From: Candidatus Saccharimonadota bacterium
GTDB lineage: Bacteria; Patescibacteriota; Saccharimonadia; Saccharimonadales; Saccharimonadaceae
Assembly: GCA_027493025.1 (NCBI GenBank)
Contig: JAPUDQ010000009.1
Span: 15,703 to 79,702 of the forward strand
Direction of reading: 5' to 3'
DNA length: 64,000 bases
A model generated the notes under the pieces. The model saw only the letters and a list, made by a program, of their open reading frames with translations. It had not been told where the DNA came from and did no database searches. Within the stretch, counting starts at the first letter, position 1, and each line of letters opens with the position of its first letter. Both the position numbers and the translations under genes were made by a program. Positions 36,867-46,030 of this stretch are shown here, in pieces.

Positions 36867-37658
36867 CTACTGCCCAACAGCAACATTATAAGCTCCGGTA
36901 TTAACACTGAGTGACTCTCGGCCAAACACTAGATTACTACCAAACGCCCCCAAACGCGCACCTTCGCTTGTCGTACTATCCTGAAGTACGATATGAGGAG
37001 TTGTAATCGTCTGTGCACTATTTGCTTTGACAGTCATTTGTATTTGACTCACATTTCCACCAATAAACGCTGCGCCGCCTATTGTCCCCGCACCAATAAT
37101 GTTAAAATTTGCGTTCTGGGGAGTTTGTGTATTCTGAATATAGCTATTACTACCGCTTGCCGCCGCAAAATCTGAAGCGTGCTGCCCGTCAAGCATGTCT
37201 GCATTCATTGCATACGCGCTTGACGCAAGTTGGTGTCTTGGTGTCATTGGCGTTTCCCAACTCGCACAGGCAGCCGTGGCACAGGTTGCCGTAGCTGGTG
37301 TCGCCATAGTTGTCTCAAAATAAAGTGCATCACTCGTGAAAACACTCGCCGGCAGCGGCGTCACCTGACCCAGCTGTGTCGAAAATAGACCGTCGGTAAC
37401 CTGAATCCGAGATGTCGTTTCACGTGTTTCACTCCACACCAGCGTCCCGCCGGAACTTGCAGAATAGATAGCAAACTTTACATTATAGAGTCCATCAGCT
37501 ACTACTGACCCGGTCGAGGTTCTAAGCCTCCCCTGAAAATTCATGACTGAAGGTGCTGCCTGAACTCCTTGCGTATAAAAAATCCCAGACACGAACAGCA
37601 CCAGTCCAATAGCTACTGCTTTCTTAAAATCAATGCGATGTGTCCGCATACGTCCCAT
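36867..37658 (-). CDS. Tail-fibre/adhesin-like surface protein, N-terminal fragment (signal peptide) of the same split gene
   Basis: Signal peptide AVAIGLVLFVSGIFYTQGVQA. The fragment ends ...GAYNVAVGQ*, right at the start of the repeat array that continues in the -1 frame. Confidence 0.7.
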   Translation of the reverse strand: MGRMRTHRIDFKKAVAIGLVLFVSGIFYTQGVQAAPSVMNFQGRLRTSTGSVVADGLYNVKFAIYSASSGGTLVWSETRETTSRIQVTDGLFSTQLGQVTPLPASVFTSDALYFETTMATPATATCATAACASWETPMTPRHQLASSAYAMNADMLDGQHASDFAAASGSNSYIQNTQTPQNANFNIIGAGTIGGAAFIGGNVSQIQMTVKANSAQTITTPHIVLQDSTTSEGARLGAFGSNLVFGRESLSVNTGAYNVAVGQ

Positions 37659-37716
37659 GACTATCCTATTGTTTTTTATTTTCCTAAACTTCCGTGATTG
37701 TAGTGTATCACAAGCA

Positions 37717-38406
37717 TTATAAAGCGTCTAGCGTCATTGCATTATTGATTGAAAATTCTCCTATCGTCGTACGCCTTAGTTGTTCAGTATAGGCACCCAC
37801 CTTCAAAAGCCGTCCTATATCTTCGCTCAAACTGCGGATATACGTTCCACTGCTCACATGCGTTTGTATAGAAAGATACGGATATGCATAACTCTGTAAT
37901 GTAAGTGAATAAATCGTGACTCGACGCGACGGAATATCGACCGCTTGCCCCAATCGAGCACGTTTATACGCACGCTGACCATTAATCTTTATTGCACTAT
38001 AGGCTGGTGGCACCTGGGTAATAGTACCCGTGAGTTGTCGTAAGACCGTCTCAATCTCTGCTTCAGTTGGTTGATAGGCAGAAACAGAGCGTATTTCTCC
38101 TTCTGTATCCCCCGTTGTACTGATCGAACCAAGATGTATTGTTGCCTCATAGGTTTTATCCAGTTTTAGATATTCTGAAGCTTTCTTCGTACCATCTCTT
38201 AGTAAGATAATGAGGAGTCCGGTTGCGAACGGATCAAGTGTTCCCGCATGTCCAACTTTTATTTGTCGTTTAGTCGGTGTAGTCCCCTGTTCACGGTAGC
38301 GTAGTTTGAGATAGCCTCGTAGTTTTGCTACTACATCAAAGCTCGTCCAGCCAGCTGGTTTATCAACCAGAATTATTTCTTTATCAAAAAAATCGCCATC
38401 AATCAT
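37717..38406 (-). CDS. truB: tRNA pseudouridine(55) synthase TruB
   Basis: GHAGTLDPFATGLLIILL contains the catalytic Asp motif. Confidence 0.9.
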   Translation of the reverse strand: MIDGDFFDKEIILVDKPAGWTSFDVVAKLRGYLKLRYREQGTTPTKRQIKVGHAGTLDPFATGLLIILLRDGTKKASEYLKLDKTYEATIHLGSISTTGDTEGEIRSVSAYQPTEAEIETVLRQLTGTITQVPPAYSAIKINGQRAYKRARLGQAVDIPSRRVTIYSLTLQSYAYPYLSIQTHVSSGTYIRSLSEDIGRLLKVGAYTEQLRRTTIGEFSINNAMTLDAL

Positions 38407-38445
38407 AATGGCGATTATACGACATTCTGAAGCAACACGTTACTA

Positions 38446-40398
38446 TTACTGACCGGGCAATTGGAACTGGCCAGGCGTTTGGTTGGCTTGCACAGGCTGA
38501 GGTGGCGGGCTGTTTGGGCTAGGCGTCGGTGTTGCAGAGTCCTGATTTGGTGCTGGAGGGAGCGGTGGCAATGTCGAAAAATCAGGCATAGGTGGCATAG
38601 CATTCATATCAACCGGAGCAGGTGGCCCTGTCGGTACATCTATAGCGTCCACTGTTGGCGGTTCTACGGCAGGAATGTTTTGACCCCCAACACTCAAAGG
38701 CTGACTCTCAATTGCCGTATCAACTGCCTGTCTGGCATTCTCTATTGAGCTTGTTTGGGGATGCTTATTTGCCAGAGCACTCACTTGCGCCTCAAGTTCA
38801 GCAATCGTTCGCCCATGTGATGGCTCAGACGAACTACTCGCAGACTCACTAAATGGTGTTTCCTCATACGAAAGACCTGCGCTAGAATTAATTGGCTCCA
38901 TCGTCACCGGTTGAATCGTCTTGCCTTTTGTATAGTTGTCATCAACACTTGTGATTGGATCCGGTTGATGTTGTGGAGGCTGCGCAGCTGACGCATCTGA
39001 TGACTCTTCTGAGGCGTCGTGATTTAAAATAGTGTGATTAAATGTCGATTGTTCCTCAACTAATTTATCTTTCTCGGCCTGACTAGTTGTTGCGTTCAGT
39101 GTACCGCCAAGAATTGGCTCGCGTGGCTCCTGAGGCTTTAGCCCTAATGTGCGGAAGTTATCGCGCCAATCGTAGAGCTTGGGCGTATTTTGAGGTTGAG
39201 ATGATGATTCCGGTTGTTGTAGTGTCGCTGTTGAAGCAGATCCTTGAGTATTTTTTTCCGGAAAAGCAACTTCTTGTCTATTTGCATTGTCTGTTGATAG
39301 TTGTTGGGTAGAAATAGCATCAGAAGTAGGTATAGTTGGCGGCATTTGAATAAACGGTGACGACTGAGTATGACCAAGCGCATTCTCTAACTGTTGATTA
39401 TTCGCAACGCTGCGTTCGTACTCATCTTTGTCGAAGGCAACCTGTTGTTGCGAGACATTATCATGTTCAATTTGCATTAGTCCATCAGTATTTGGCTGTG
39501 GCATCGCTGGAGCTGGCGGTTCAGCATTGGCCTGAACCGTTTCTTCTAAATCAGCGATTGTGACTGGGGCGGCTTGCGTTGGAGAGGCTTCCTCTACAGT
39601 AGACGCTTGCATCGCTGGAGCTGATTCTGGTTCTGGTTGCGGAATGGATTCTGGTGCTAACTTTTCGGCTATAAGTTGCTGGTTAGCACCAGCAGCCATC
39701 AACTGAGCAGCTAACGTCATGACGTTCGGTGAGGTATGCTCATTGCTAAATCGCTCGGTTGCCGAGACCATGCCCGTAAGCAGCGCTGTTGCAATTTGTT
39801 CATCCAGAACATTTGCTTTCAACGATTCACTGACGCTCAATAGCATTTCACAAAGACTACTCGCTTTTTCATCGTGCCAGCTAATCGACCCAAGACTACT
39901 TTCATTGGTCGTTGTGTTGATTGTGATAACACTGGCATCATGGAGAATCCGACCATGCGACACGATCGCTTTATCAAGATCGGCTTTTTTTTCTACACCA
40001 AGAGCAACCACCAGGTCAATATTGAAATCACCTTGACTGTAATGCAGGTCTTTTTCGGTAATCGTCGTATGATATGGCGTGATATAAATCCGCACAACAT
40101 CACCCTCAACCTTATAGCGCAAACGATCTGCTTTTTCTTTGTCGAGTGCTATGATGAAATCCCTTAGGCTATCAACCGTCCCCTCAAACGTTTTTTCTGG
40201 CTCCAAAAAGGTTATTGCAGGCGGAATTACTCCTGAGAATACTGCCGTTGCATGTTTTTCCATTTTGTTAAGCATGAGCGTAAATCCAAGTGCTGCCGCT
40301 AACGCGTCAACCGATGGGTCGTGCGCAACAGTCACGAGGATATTTGTTGACTTCTTTAGCTTGTCAACGACCGCCTGTTTGGGATTTGACGTTTCCAT
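38446..40398 (-). CDS. DHH/NrnA-like protein with degenerate catalytic motifs and a roughly 320-aa Pro/Gln/Ser-rich tail
   Basis: The N-terminal ~330 aa resemble NrnA (ILVTVAHDPSVDALAAALG..., ALLTGMVSATERFSNEHTSP), but no DHH triad is visible. The C-terminal half is low-complexity. Confidence 0.55.
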   Translation of the reverse strand: METSNPKQAVVDKLKKSTNILVTVAHDPSVDALAAALGFTLMLNKMEKHATAVFSGVIPPAITFLEPEKTFEGTVDSLRDFIIALDKEKADRLRYKVEGDVVRIYITPYHTTITEKDLHYSQGDFNIDLVVALGVEKKADLDKAIVSHGRILHDASVITINTTTNESSLGSISWHDEKASSLCEMLLSVSESLKANVLDEQIATALLTGMVSATERFSNEHTSPNVMTLAAQLMAAGANQQLIAEKLAPESIPQPEPESAPAMQASTVEEASPTQAAPVTIADLEETVQANAEPPAPAMPQPNTDGLMQIEHDNVSQQQVAFDKDEYERSVANNQQLENALGHTQSSPFIQMPPTIPTSDAISTQQLSTDNANRQEVAFPEKNTQGSASTATLQQPESSSQPQNTPKLYDWRDNFRTLGLKPQEPREPILGGTLNATTSQAEKDKLVEEQSTFNHTILNHDASEESSDASAAQPPQHQPDPITSVDDNYTKGKTIQPVTMEPINSSAGLSYEETPFSESASSSSEPSHGRTIAELEAQVSALANKHPQTSSIENARQAVDTAIESQPLSVGGQNIPAVEPPTVDAIDVPTGPPAPVDMNAMPPMPDFSTLPPLPPAPNQDSATPTPSPNSPPPQPVQANQTPGQFQLPGQ

Positions 40399-40551
40399 AC
40401 AATCTCTTTTTGTTTATCTTAAGTACTTTCCGTCACTATACCATAAGAAGTATCGGCTGGTCAATGATATTTTCTATTCATCTTTACAGATATAGTTCAC
40501 TACGGTATAGTATACATTTGAATCACGATATAACACTGTAACAGGAGTTCT

Positions 40552-40950
40552 ATGCCAATCATCAAATCCGCTATCAAACGCGCTCGCCAGACACTTGTCC
40601 GCCGCGATCGTAATGTAGCTACAAAAAAAGACATCAAGTCTGCCCTCAAGTCTTTTACGGCAAAACCGAGTGCCGAAAGTTTAAGCAACGTACAAAGTGC
40701 TATTGATACCGCTGTCAAAAAGAATGTTCTCAACTCTCGTACCGCTGCTCGCCGTAAAGCTGCTCTGTCTCGTTCTGCAAAAGCGGCCGGCGTAACATTA
40801 GCAGGTGCTACAAAAAAATCCACTAAACCAGTTGAGAAAAAAGCCTCGGTCAAGAAAGCATCGGCAAAGATCGCAAAACCAGCCGCTAGCTCTGACTCTA
40901 AAAAAACTACGACGAAAAAGCTTGCAAAAAAAACAACTACTACTAAGTAG
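40552..40950 (+). CDS. rpsT: 30S ribosomal protein S20 with Lys/Ala-rich C-terminal extension
   Basis: MPIIKSAIKRARQTLVRRDRN... with AGGAG upstream. 132 aa. Confidence 0.88.
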   Translation: MPIIKSAIKRARQTLVRRDRNVATKKDIKSALKSFTAKPSAESLSNVQSAIDTAVKKNVLNSRTAARRKAALSRSAKAAGVTLAGATKKSTKPVEKKASVKKASAKIAKPAASSDSKKTTTKKLAKKTTTTK

Positions 40951-40971
40951 TTTTGGACATAAAACCATCAT

Positions 40972-40997
40972 AAAACTCCGCTACATAGCGGAGTTTT
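40972..40997. terminator. Bidirectional hairpin between the convergent rpsT and holA genes
   Basis: aaaactccgct-acat-agcggagtttt. It overlaps the last codons of holA. Confidence 0.6.
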
Positions 40998-41910
40998 GGC
41001 TACTTAACCGGCGCACTAGCAATTCGATTATACTCCACGCCTCAACATTAGAAGATTTGAGATTTTGATCACAGCGATCCATATCTTCAATCATCATACT
41101 CAACTGTAGCGTACTTCGCTCACGCGCTATTGGCAGTATTTTTTGCACTATAAACGGATGTATCCCCATGTCTTTTGCGATTTGTTGTGAAGAACGATTG
41201 CCCGCTGCCTGACAAGCTGCCAATGCAAAAAACTGGCTTATCAGTAGACCCATAAATTTATAGGGATCTTCAGTGCGTCGAATAATCTCAAGCCGCGACA
41301 TTGCTATCACTTGATCTTGCCGCATGATCGCGTCCAACAATTCAAATGCATTCGCCTGAGGGTTTGGCTCAATCACAACATCAATAAGCTCTCTCGTTAC
41401 AGTTTGATTACCTAGCGACAATTTTGTGAGAGCATCGGCAAGTAACCATTGGTCTGTACCAACTCTCTCAACAAGGTATCGTATAGTTTGGCCTGAAAGT
41501 TCCAGCCGCAGCTGTCGGGCATGAGCCGCTACCCACCCGCTCAATTCACGCTCCGTGAGTAGTTTACATTCAATCATTTCCGCATGAGACGTTAGCCATT
41601 TCCAGGTACGTGTACGTTTGTCCGGTTTTGTCTCAACAAGCAGCAATTCTGTAGAGGAGTTTTTCTGAAGGCGTTCACCGAGCGCTTCCCAGAGAGGTTT
41701 GTTGCGACTCGCATCACGAATACCATGACACTGTACTGGCGCAAAGAGTGATTGTCCTTCTAAAAGCTGTGGCAAATCCTGTATCGAAAGAGATTCACTA
41801 TCATGGACAACAAAAGTACCTGCCCCATGCTGTTGCTCAAATGCCTCGCGCTCTCGCCGATAGCGTTGCGACAACGCATAGTCATTATCACCATACAGTA
41901 CGCGTATCAT
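40981..41910 (-). CDS. holA: DNA polymerase III delta subunit (HolA-like)
   Basis: About 309 aa, beginning MIRVLYGDNDYAL... ATG 41910 forms an ATGA overlap with the mutM stop. The assignment rests on size, N-terminal pattern and helical C-terminus. Confidence 0.55.
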   Translation of the reverse strand: MIRVLYGDNDYALSQRYRREREAFEQQHGAGTFVVHDSESLSIQDLPQLLEGQSLFAPVQCHGIRDASRNKPLWEALGERLQKNSSTELLLVETKPDKRTRTWKWLTSHAEMIECKLLTERELSGWVAAHARQLRLELSGQTIRYLVERVGTDQWLLADALTKLSLGNQTVTRELIDVVIEPNPQANAFELLDAIMRQDQVIAMSRLEIIRRTEDPYKFMGLLISQFFALAACQAAGNRSSQQIAKDMGIHPFIVQKILPIARERSTLQLSMMIEDMDRCDQNLKSSNVEAWSIIELLVRRLSSQNSAM

Positions 41911-42779
41911 CGAATATCTTGTTGGCAGTGAGGACATATATGCGTTCCCCGCCCTGCCACCCGTAATTTAACAATTATTACGCCACAGCGCGGACAGTTC
42001 TGTCCTTGGCGGCGAAACACACGCGCAAACTCAAGATAGCTTCCACGCTTGCCTTCAGCATCAACATAGTTTTTGTCGGTACTGCCACCTTTTTCAATAC
42101 TAAGGCTCATAACTTCTTTGATCTCTTTGAGCAACTTTTTTAATTGTTTATCAGTCACATCTCGAACGCGTGTAGCCGGATGAATCGCGGCACCCCACAA
42201 GCTTTCATCTGCATAAATATTTCCGACTCCTGCCAGAACAGTTTGATCAAGAATCGCTGCTTTAATACTCGTGCCGTTTCTTCGTCGAACCCGCTTAATA
42301 AATTGTTGACCAGTAAAATCTTCTTCCAGTGGCTCAGGACCTACTCGCTTCATAAAATCAATGTTCGGTACCTCAATGGTAGGATATAGCTTCATCCACC
42401 CAAACTTACGCTGGTCATTAAAATACAAGTGATCACCCTCGCGAAACGTGATTGTCACCCGGGTTGAACGATCCGGTAGTTCATGAATCAAACTATCGTT
42501 AGGATGTCCCGCTCCAAATCGTTCCGCGCCCACATACACGAGTTGTCCAGTCATTTTCAGGTGAATTACCAGTGTATAATCAGTATTCAGCTCAATCAAT
42601 AGCACTTTCGCTCGGCGATTCACCTTTTTAATCTTACCACCAATCAAAAACTGCTGGACATCACTATGAGCATTTGGAAAGCTTTTGGGTGAACTTGAAT
42701 CAAGTTGAACAATTGTTTTATCAACAATCAACCGCGACAGACCGCGGCGCACCGTTTCGACTTCAGGAAGTTCAGGCAT
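41907..42779 (-). CDS. mutM: Formamidopyrimidine-DNA glycosylase (Fpg/MutM)
   Basis: N-terminal MPELPEVETVRRGL and a C-terminal zinc finger CPRCG...CPHC. Confidence 0.92.
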   Translation of the reverse strand: MPELPEVETVRRGLSRLIVDKTIVQLDSSSPKSFPNAHSDVQQFLIGGKIKKVNRRAKVLLIELNTDYTLVIHLKMTGQLVYVGAERFGAGHPNDSLIHELPDRSTRVTITFREGDHLYFNDQRKFGWMKLYPTIEVPNIDFMKRVGPEPLEEDFTGQQFIKRVRRRNGTSIKAAILDQTVLAGVGNIYADESLWGAAIHPATRVRDVTDKQLKKLLKEIKEVMSLSIEKGGSTDKNYVDAEGKRGSYLEFARVFRRQGQNCPRCGVIIVKLRVAGRGTHICPHCQQDIR

Positions 42780-42785
42780 ACAATA

Positions 42786-42794
42786 ATTGTAGCA
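42786..42794 (-). promoter_or_regulatory. Extended -10 box TGCTACAAT, 6 nt upstream of the mutM ATG (leaderless arrangement)
   Basis: The reverse complement of 42780-42794 is tgctacaat tattgt, followed by ATG at 42779. Confidence 0.5.
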
Positions 42795-42817
42795 AACTAT
42801 TTATATCAACGTATCTG

Positions 42818-43717
42818 TTATCGACGCGTTCGGTATGACCGAGTAGATTTGTCAGAAGTAGTTCGCCGAAGAGATATTCCCCTCGTGCCTTTTTTCCTAA
42901 ATCGCAATGTCGCTAATACCGCTGCCACAAAAATCGGAATTACCCAGCGCCAATACCCGGTTATGGCAAATATCCATTTTCCTTGTTCTGATGATGCGAC
43001 AGCAGATTTTAGGTAGATTGGTCCAAAATAGTTTCCTGGTTGCGTATAGGCTATGCTGCGCTCTCTTCCTGCAAACAACAGTGGTCCCTGAACCGTCTTA
43101 CTCGCGTAGGGCTGAGCCGTAAAAGTTACCTCCGGAAAAAATCCGGTATCTTTTTTTGTCGTCGTATTTTTGACCGCTATATTTGCCTCCAATCCATCAC
43201 CAATTTGCAGCCAAGGCGCAGTAAGCCAGGTAATCATTGCTTCACGCGGACCATGACCCTCATTCGTCATAATAAGCAACGTACCAACACGAGCTGACTG
43301 AGCTGAGCCGTTCGTCGTCTTTGGTACCGTCGAGGCCATAATAGCCGCAAAAACATCGCCTTTGGGCAATTTGGCTGCATCGATCAGAAAATATATCCGC
43401 ATACCTTCTTTGGACTTAATATCAACCGAATTGAAATCAAGCATAATACCCTCAGCGAGAGAAGGATCAGTATAAAATTCCAGCGCTCCGTTGTCATCTA
43501 TTTGACGAAATCCTTGGATTTGCAGCTGAATAGTTGTATCACTGTTACTTGGGTTTCCGATGTCAACATAGCCCTTTTTCAGCTCATTTTTCCCAAGCTG
43601 CGTTTCATATTTCAATGGAGCCATCGTAATAGAAGGAAGATTTGAAGCATATACGTAATCACTGCCGAGCAAACTCAAAATAGCCGCAAAACTTAGACTA
43701 AACAGAAGTTTCTTCAT
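42818..43717 (-). CDS. Surface protein with signal peptide and C-terminal TM anchor (DUF916/CscA-like architecture)
   Basis: 299 aa with a signal peptide, a beta-rich ectodomain, and a C-terminal WVIPIFVAAVLATL followed by a basic tail. Confidence 0.65.
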   Translation of the reverse strand: MKKLLFSLSFAAILSLLGSDYVYASNLPSITMAPLKYETQLGKNELKKGYVDIGNPSNSDTTIQLQIQGFRQIDDNGALEFYTDPSLAEGIMLDFNSVDIKSKEGMRIYFLIDAAKLPKGDVFAAIMASTVPKTTNGSAQSARVGTLLIMTNEGHGPREAMITWLTAPWLQIGDGLEANIAVKNTTTKKDTGFFPEVTFTAQPYASKTVQGPLLFAGRERSIAYTQPGNYFGPIYLKSAVASSEQGKWIFAITGYWRWVIPIFVAAVLATLRFRKKGTRGISLRRTTSDKSTRSYRTRR

Positions 43718-45099
43718 GGCGTATAGGTTCCTGTCACAGTCACCACATTGCTATATTCACCAACAGGCTGCGACGACGCGACATCCGCACGCAGCCGCGC
43801 AGTTATAATGTCCTTAGTAATAGGCACCCCCGTGCGAACATATATCGTTGACGCCGAAGCCGTTGGTATGGCTGCATATGCAGAGCCGCTATTCCATTTA
43901 CTATCAAGAGCAGTCGCATTCGTTGCAGTTAGCGTAAAGCCAAGTCCTTTGGTTGAGCCATCTGCCCAAGCAGCCGGTGCAGCAATTGTTGGTGATATGG
44001 CAGGAATCGTATTTGAGCCACTTGTCAAATTAGCATTTTGATGAATTGCAAGCGAGTACCCGTTCGCGGCAGTCTGAACAATGCTATCAAACAAAGTCGT
44101 ATTGGGTGTATTGGGTATAATTGTCCCGAGGGAAAGCCCAGAAGCGATACCCACATTTTGCGCATTATATTCCGCTTTTATCTCGCTAGCTGACAGCTCT
44201 CGCGAAAACAACTTCACTTCATCCATAGTGCCCTGGAAGTAATCCTTTGGCTCCCAATCCGCTCCAATGCGCATTTGATGCCAAGCTGCCGGGTTAATCG
44301 TCGTATTCATTCCAGCAACTTCTGACTGAAAGTTCCCATCAATATATATCTTGATATAACCCGTAGAACGATTGAATACGACGGCAAAATAATGCCAAGC
44401 TGTATCCGTAAATGTCGTTGTCGTAGCGATGCCTTTACTGCTATACGAATTACAATCTGCACCGTCTACGTAGATTGCAGCAATCCGATTATCAGCCCAA
44501 AGGTTAACTGACCATCCTTGACAGCCATGATCGTTATAGAGAAGTCTCTCATTAACTCCATTGCGCGTCCGCTTAAACCACCCCGTAGCAGTTAAAATAT
44601 TTCCAGCATTTACGATGTATCTCCCCTGAGTATCCTCGCTTGCGTAGCTCCCTGTTCCATCAAGCACTAATCCATTCTGTATTTTTCCTACACCAGAAGC
44701 TAAAGGAGTCGTTCCAGCACTCGACAGGGTCGAAGCATCATGAACTTCATTGACGATCACCCCACCCTGCGCATACGTATCAAATGAATAATACCCGATA
44801 AGTCCACTAGGCTGGACCCGCAACGAAAAGCTATTGGCCGCTGACGTAAGCTGTGAAACATACCCCGAGTCAAGCTTGTAGCTTCCGCCACTACCCTGCC
44901 CGACGATACTCTCACCACCACTGCTCGTCAGCGTATAGTTCGTTGAGGTAGAATTACCGCCAAAACTATTACCGACCACACTTGCATCGATCGTGTAGCT
45001 TGGACTCGTATATCGCTCCGCAGATACTGAGTATCCAAATCCAGCGAGTATAACAGCAAACAGACCGCCAAGTACTCGTAACTCATGTTTTTTCACCAT
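43714..45099 (-). CDS. Secreted LamG/concanavalin-like lectin-domain protein with WxL-like C-terminal module
   Basis: 461 aa with a signal peptide. GTMDEVKLFSRELSASEI is a typical LamG-domain end. The protein ends GEYSNVVTVTGTYTP. Confidence 0.7.
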   Translation of the reverse strand: MVKKHELRVLGGLFAVILAGFGYSVSAERYTSPSYTIDASVVGNSFGGNSTSTNYTLTSSGGESIVGQGSGGSYKLDSGYVSQLTSAANSFSLRVQPSGLIGYYSFDTYAQGGVIVNEVHDASTLSSAGTTPLASGVGKIQNGLVLDGTGSYASEDTQGRYIVNAGNILTATGWFKRTRNGVNERLLYNDHGCQGWSVNLWADNRIAAIYVDGADCNSYSSKGIATTTTFTDTAWHYFAVVFNRSTGYIKIYIDGNFQSEVAGMNTTINPAAWHQMRIGADWEPKDYFQGTMDEVKLFSRELSASEIKAEYNAQNVGIASGLSLGTIIPNTPNTTLFDSIVQTAANGYSLAIHQNANLTSGSNTIPAISPTIAAPAAWADGSTKGLGFTLTATNATALDSKWNSGSAYAAIPTASASTIYVRTGVPITKDIITARLRADVASSQPVGEYSNVVTVTGTYTP

Positions 45100-45141
45100 A
45101 CTGGTTATGATTATAGCAAAGCTATGATAAGTCAGCTACCA

Positions 45142-46026
45142 CTATCCACGGATTCTACGTACAATCCAAAACGCGAATAGTCCCAAGACAGCAAAAACGG
45201 TAATTAGAAACCAAATCGGTGCCACCAATACCCAGTGCTGATGAGCAACTTGTTTTCCCAGTATATCTGTTGTCGTCTCGATCCGAAAAATCCCTAACTC
45301 TGGGCCATTTTCCCATTTCACAGGGATGTCACGCGTTGTTTTGGGCAGTATTATTCGAGTATGAGACTTTTTATACACCTCTGATCCAACGATATTCCAA
45401 GCCGTCATCGAATTTGTCATCGTAAAATCAGTATTACCGGTATTCTCCACCGTAAGCATGCCGCTCACTGGTCCACCTATCTGGAGAGGCGAAATAGTCG
45501 TACTTAGTTCTTTTCCAGCCTGGACATATTGTCCCTGGATGGTTGCATAGACTATGGTACCAACTCGTTTTTTGCGAGCAATCTGTTCACTTTGTTGTGG
45601 CTGGGTTTCTGCAAACAATACCCCGTAATGTCCGCCTGGAGTTGCATCCGTCGGAACAGTGACTGTATAACTGATCTCTGTACGTTCATTTGGCTCTAAA
45701 TGTACCGATTGCTGATCAAACCGCACCCATGTCTGTAGATCAGCATTTGGCGTAGTAGTGCTATAATCCGGCTCATACGAACGATTTTTGACCGAATATG
45801 GTGCAGCATACACCTTAAACATGTATCCTACCGTGCCATCATTTATGACCGTTAGCTTGTCTTTAATGACTTCACCTGCTTTTAATTTGTACGGTTTTGA
45901 AGCTGGTGAGATAGTTATGCTCTCTCCCTCCACGGCGCGAACAGTTGGACCGTTCAAAAATGTAGATAGCAGTACTCCTACGAGCACTGCTATCATTGTG
46001 CTAAATCGTATTTTCATACGATTCAT
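45142..46026 (-). CDS. Surface protein with signal peptide and C-terminal TM anchor (DUF916/DUF3324, CscA-like)
   Basis: The start is trimmed to ATG 46026 (MNRMKIRFSTMIAVLVG...). WVRFDQQSVHLEPNERTEISYTVTVPTDATPGGHYGVLFAE. The C-terminus has a TM helix followed by RRIRG. Confidence 0.65.
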   Translation of the reverse strand: MNRMKIRFSTMIAVLVGVLLSTFLNGPTVRAVEGESITISPASKPYKLKAGEVIKDKLTVINDGTVGYMFKVYAAPYSVKNRSYEPDYSTTTPNADLQTWVRFDQQSVHLEPNERTEISYTVTVPTDATPGGHYGVLFAETQPQQSEQIARKKRVGTIVYATIQGQYVQAGKELSTTISPLQIGGPVSGMLTVENTGNTDFTMTNSMTAWNIVGSEVYKKSHTRIILPKTTRDIPVKWENGPELGIFRIETTTDILGKQVAHQHWVLVAPIWFLITVFAVLGLFAFWIVRRIRG

Positions 46027-46030
46027 TATA

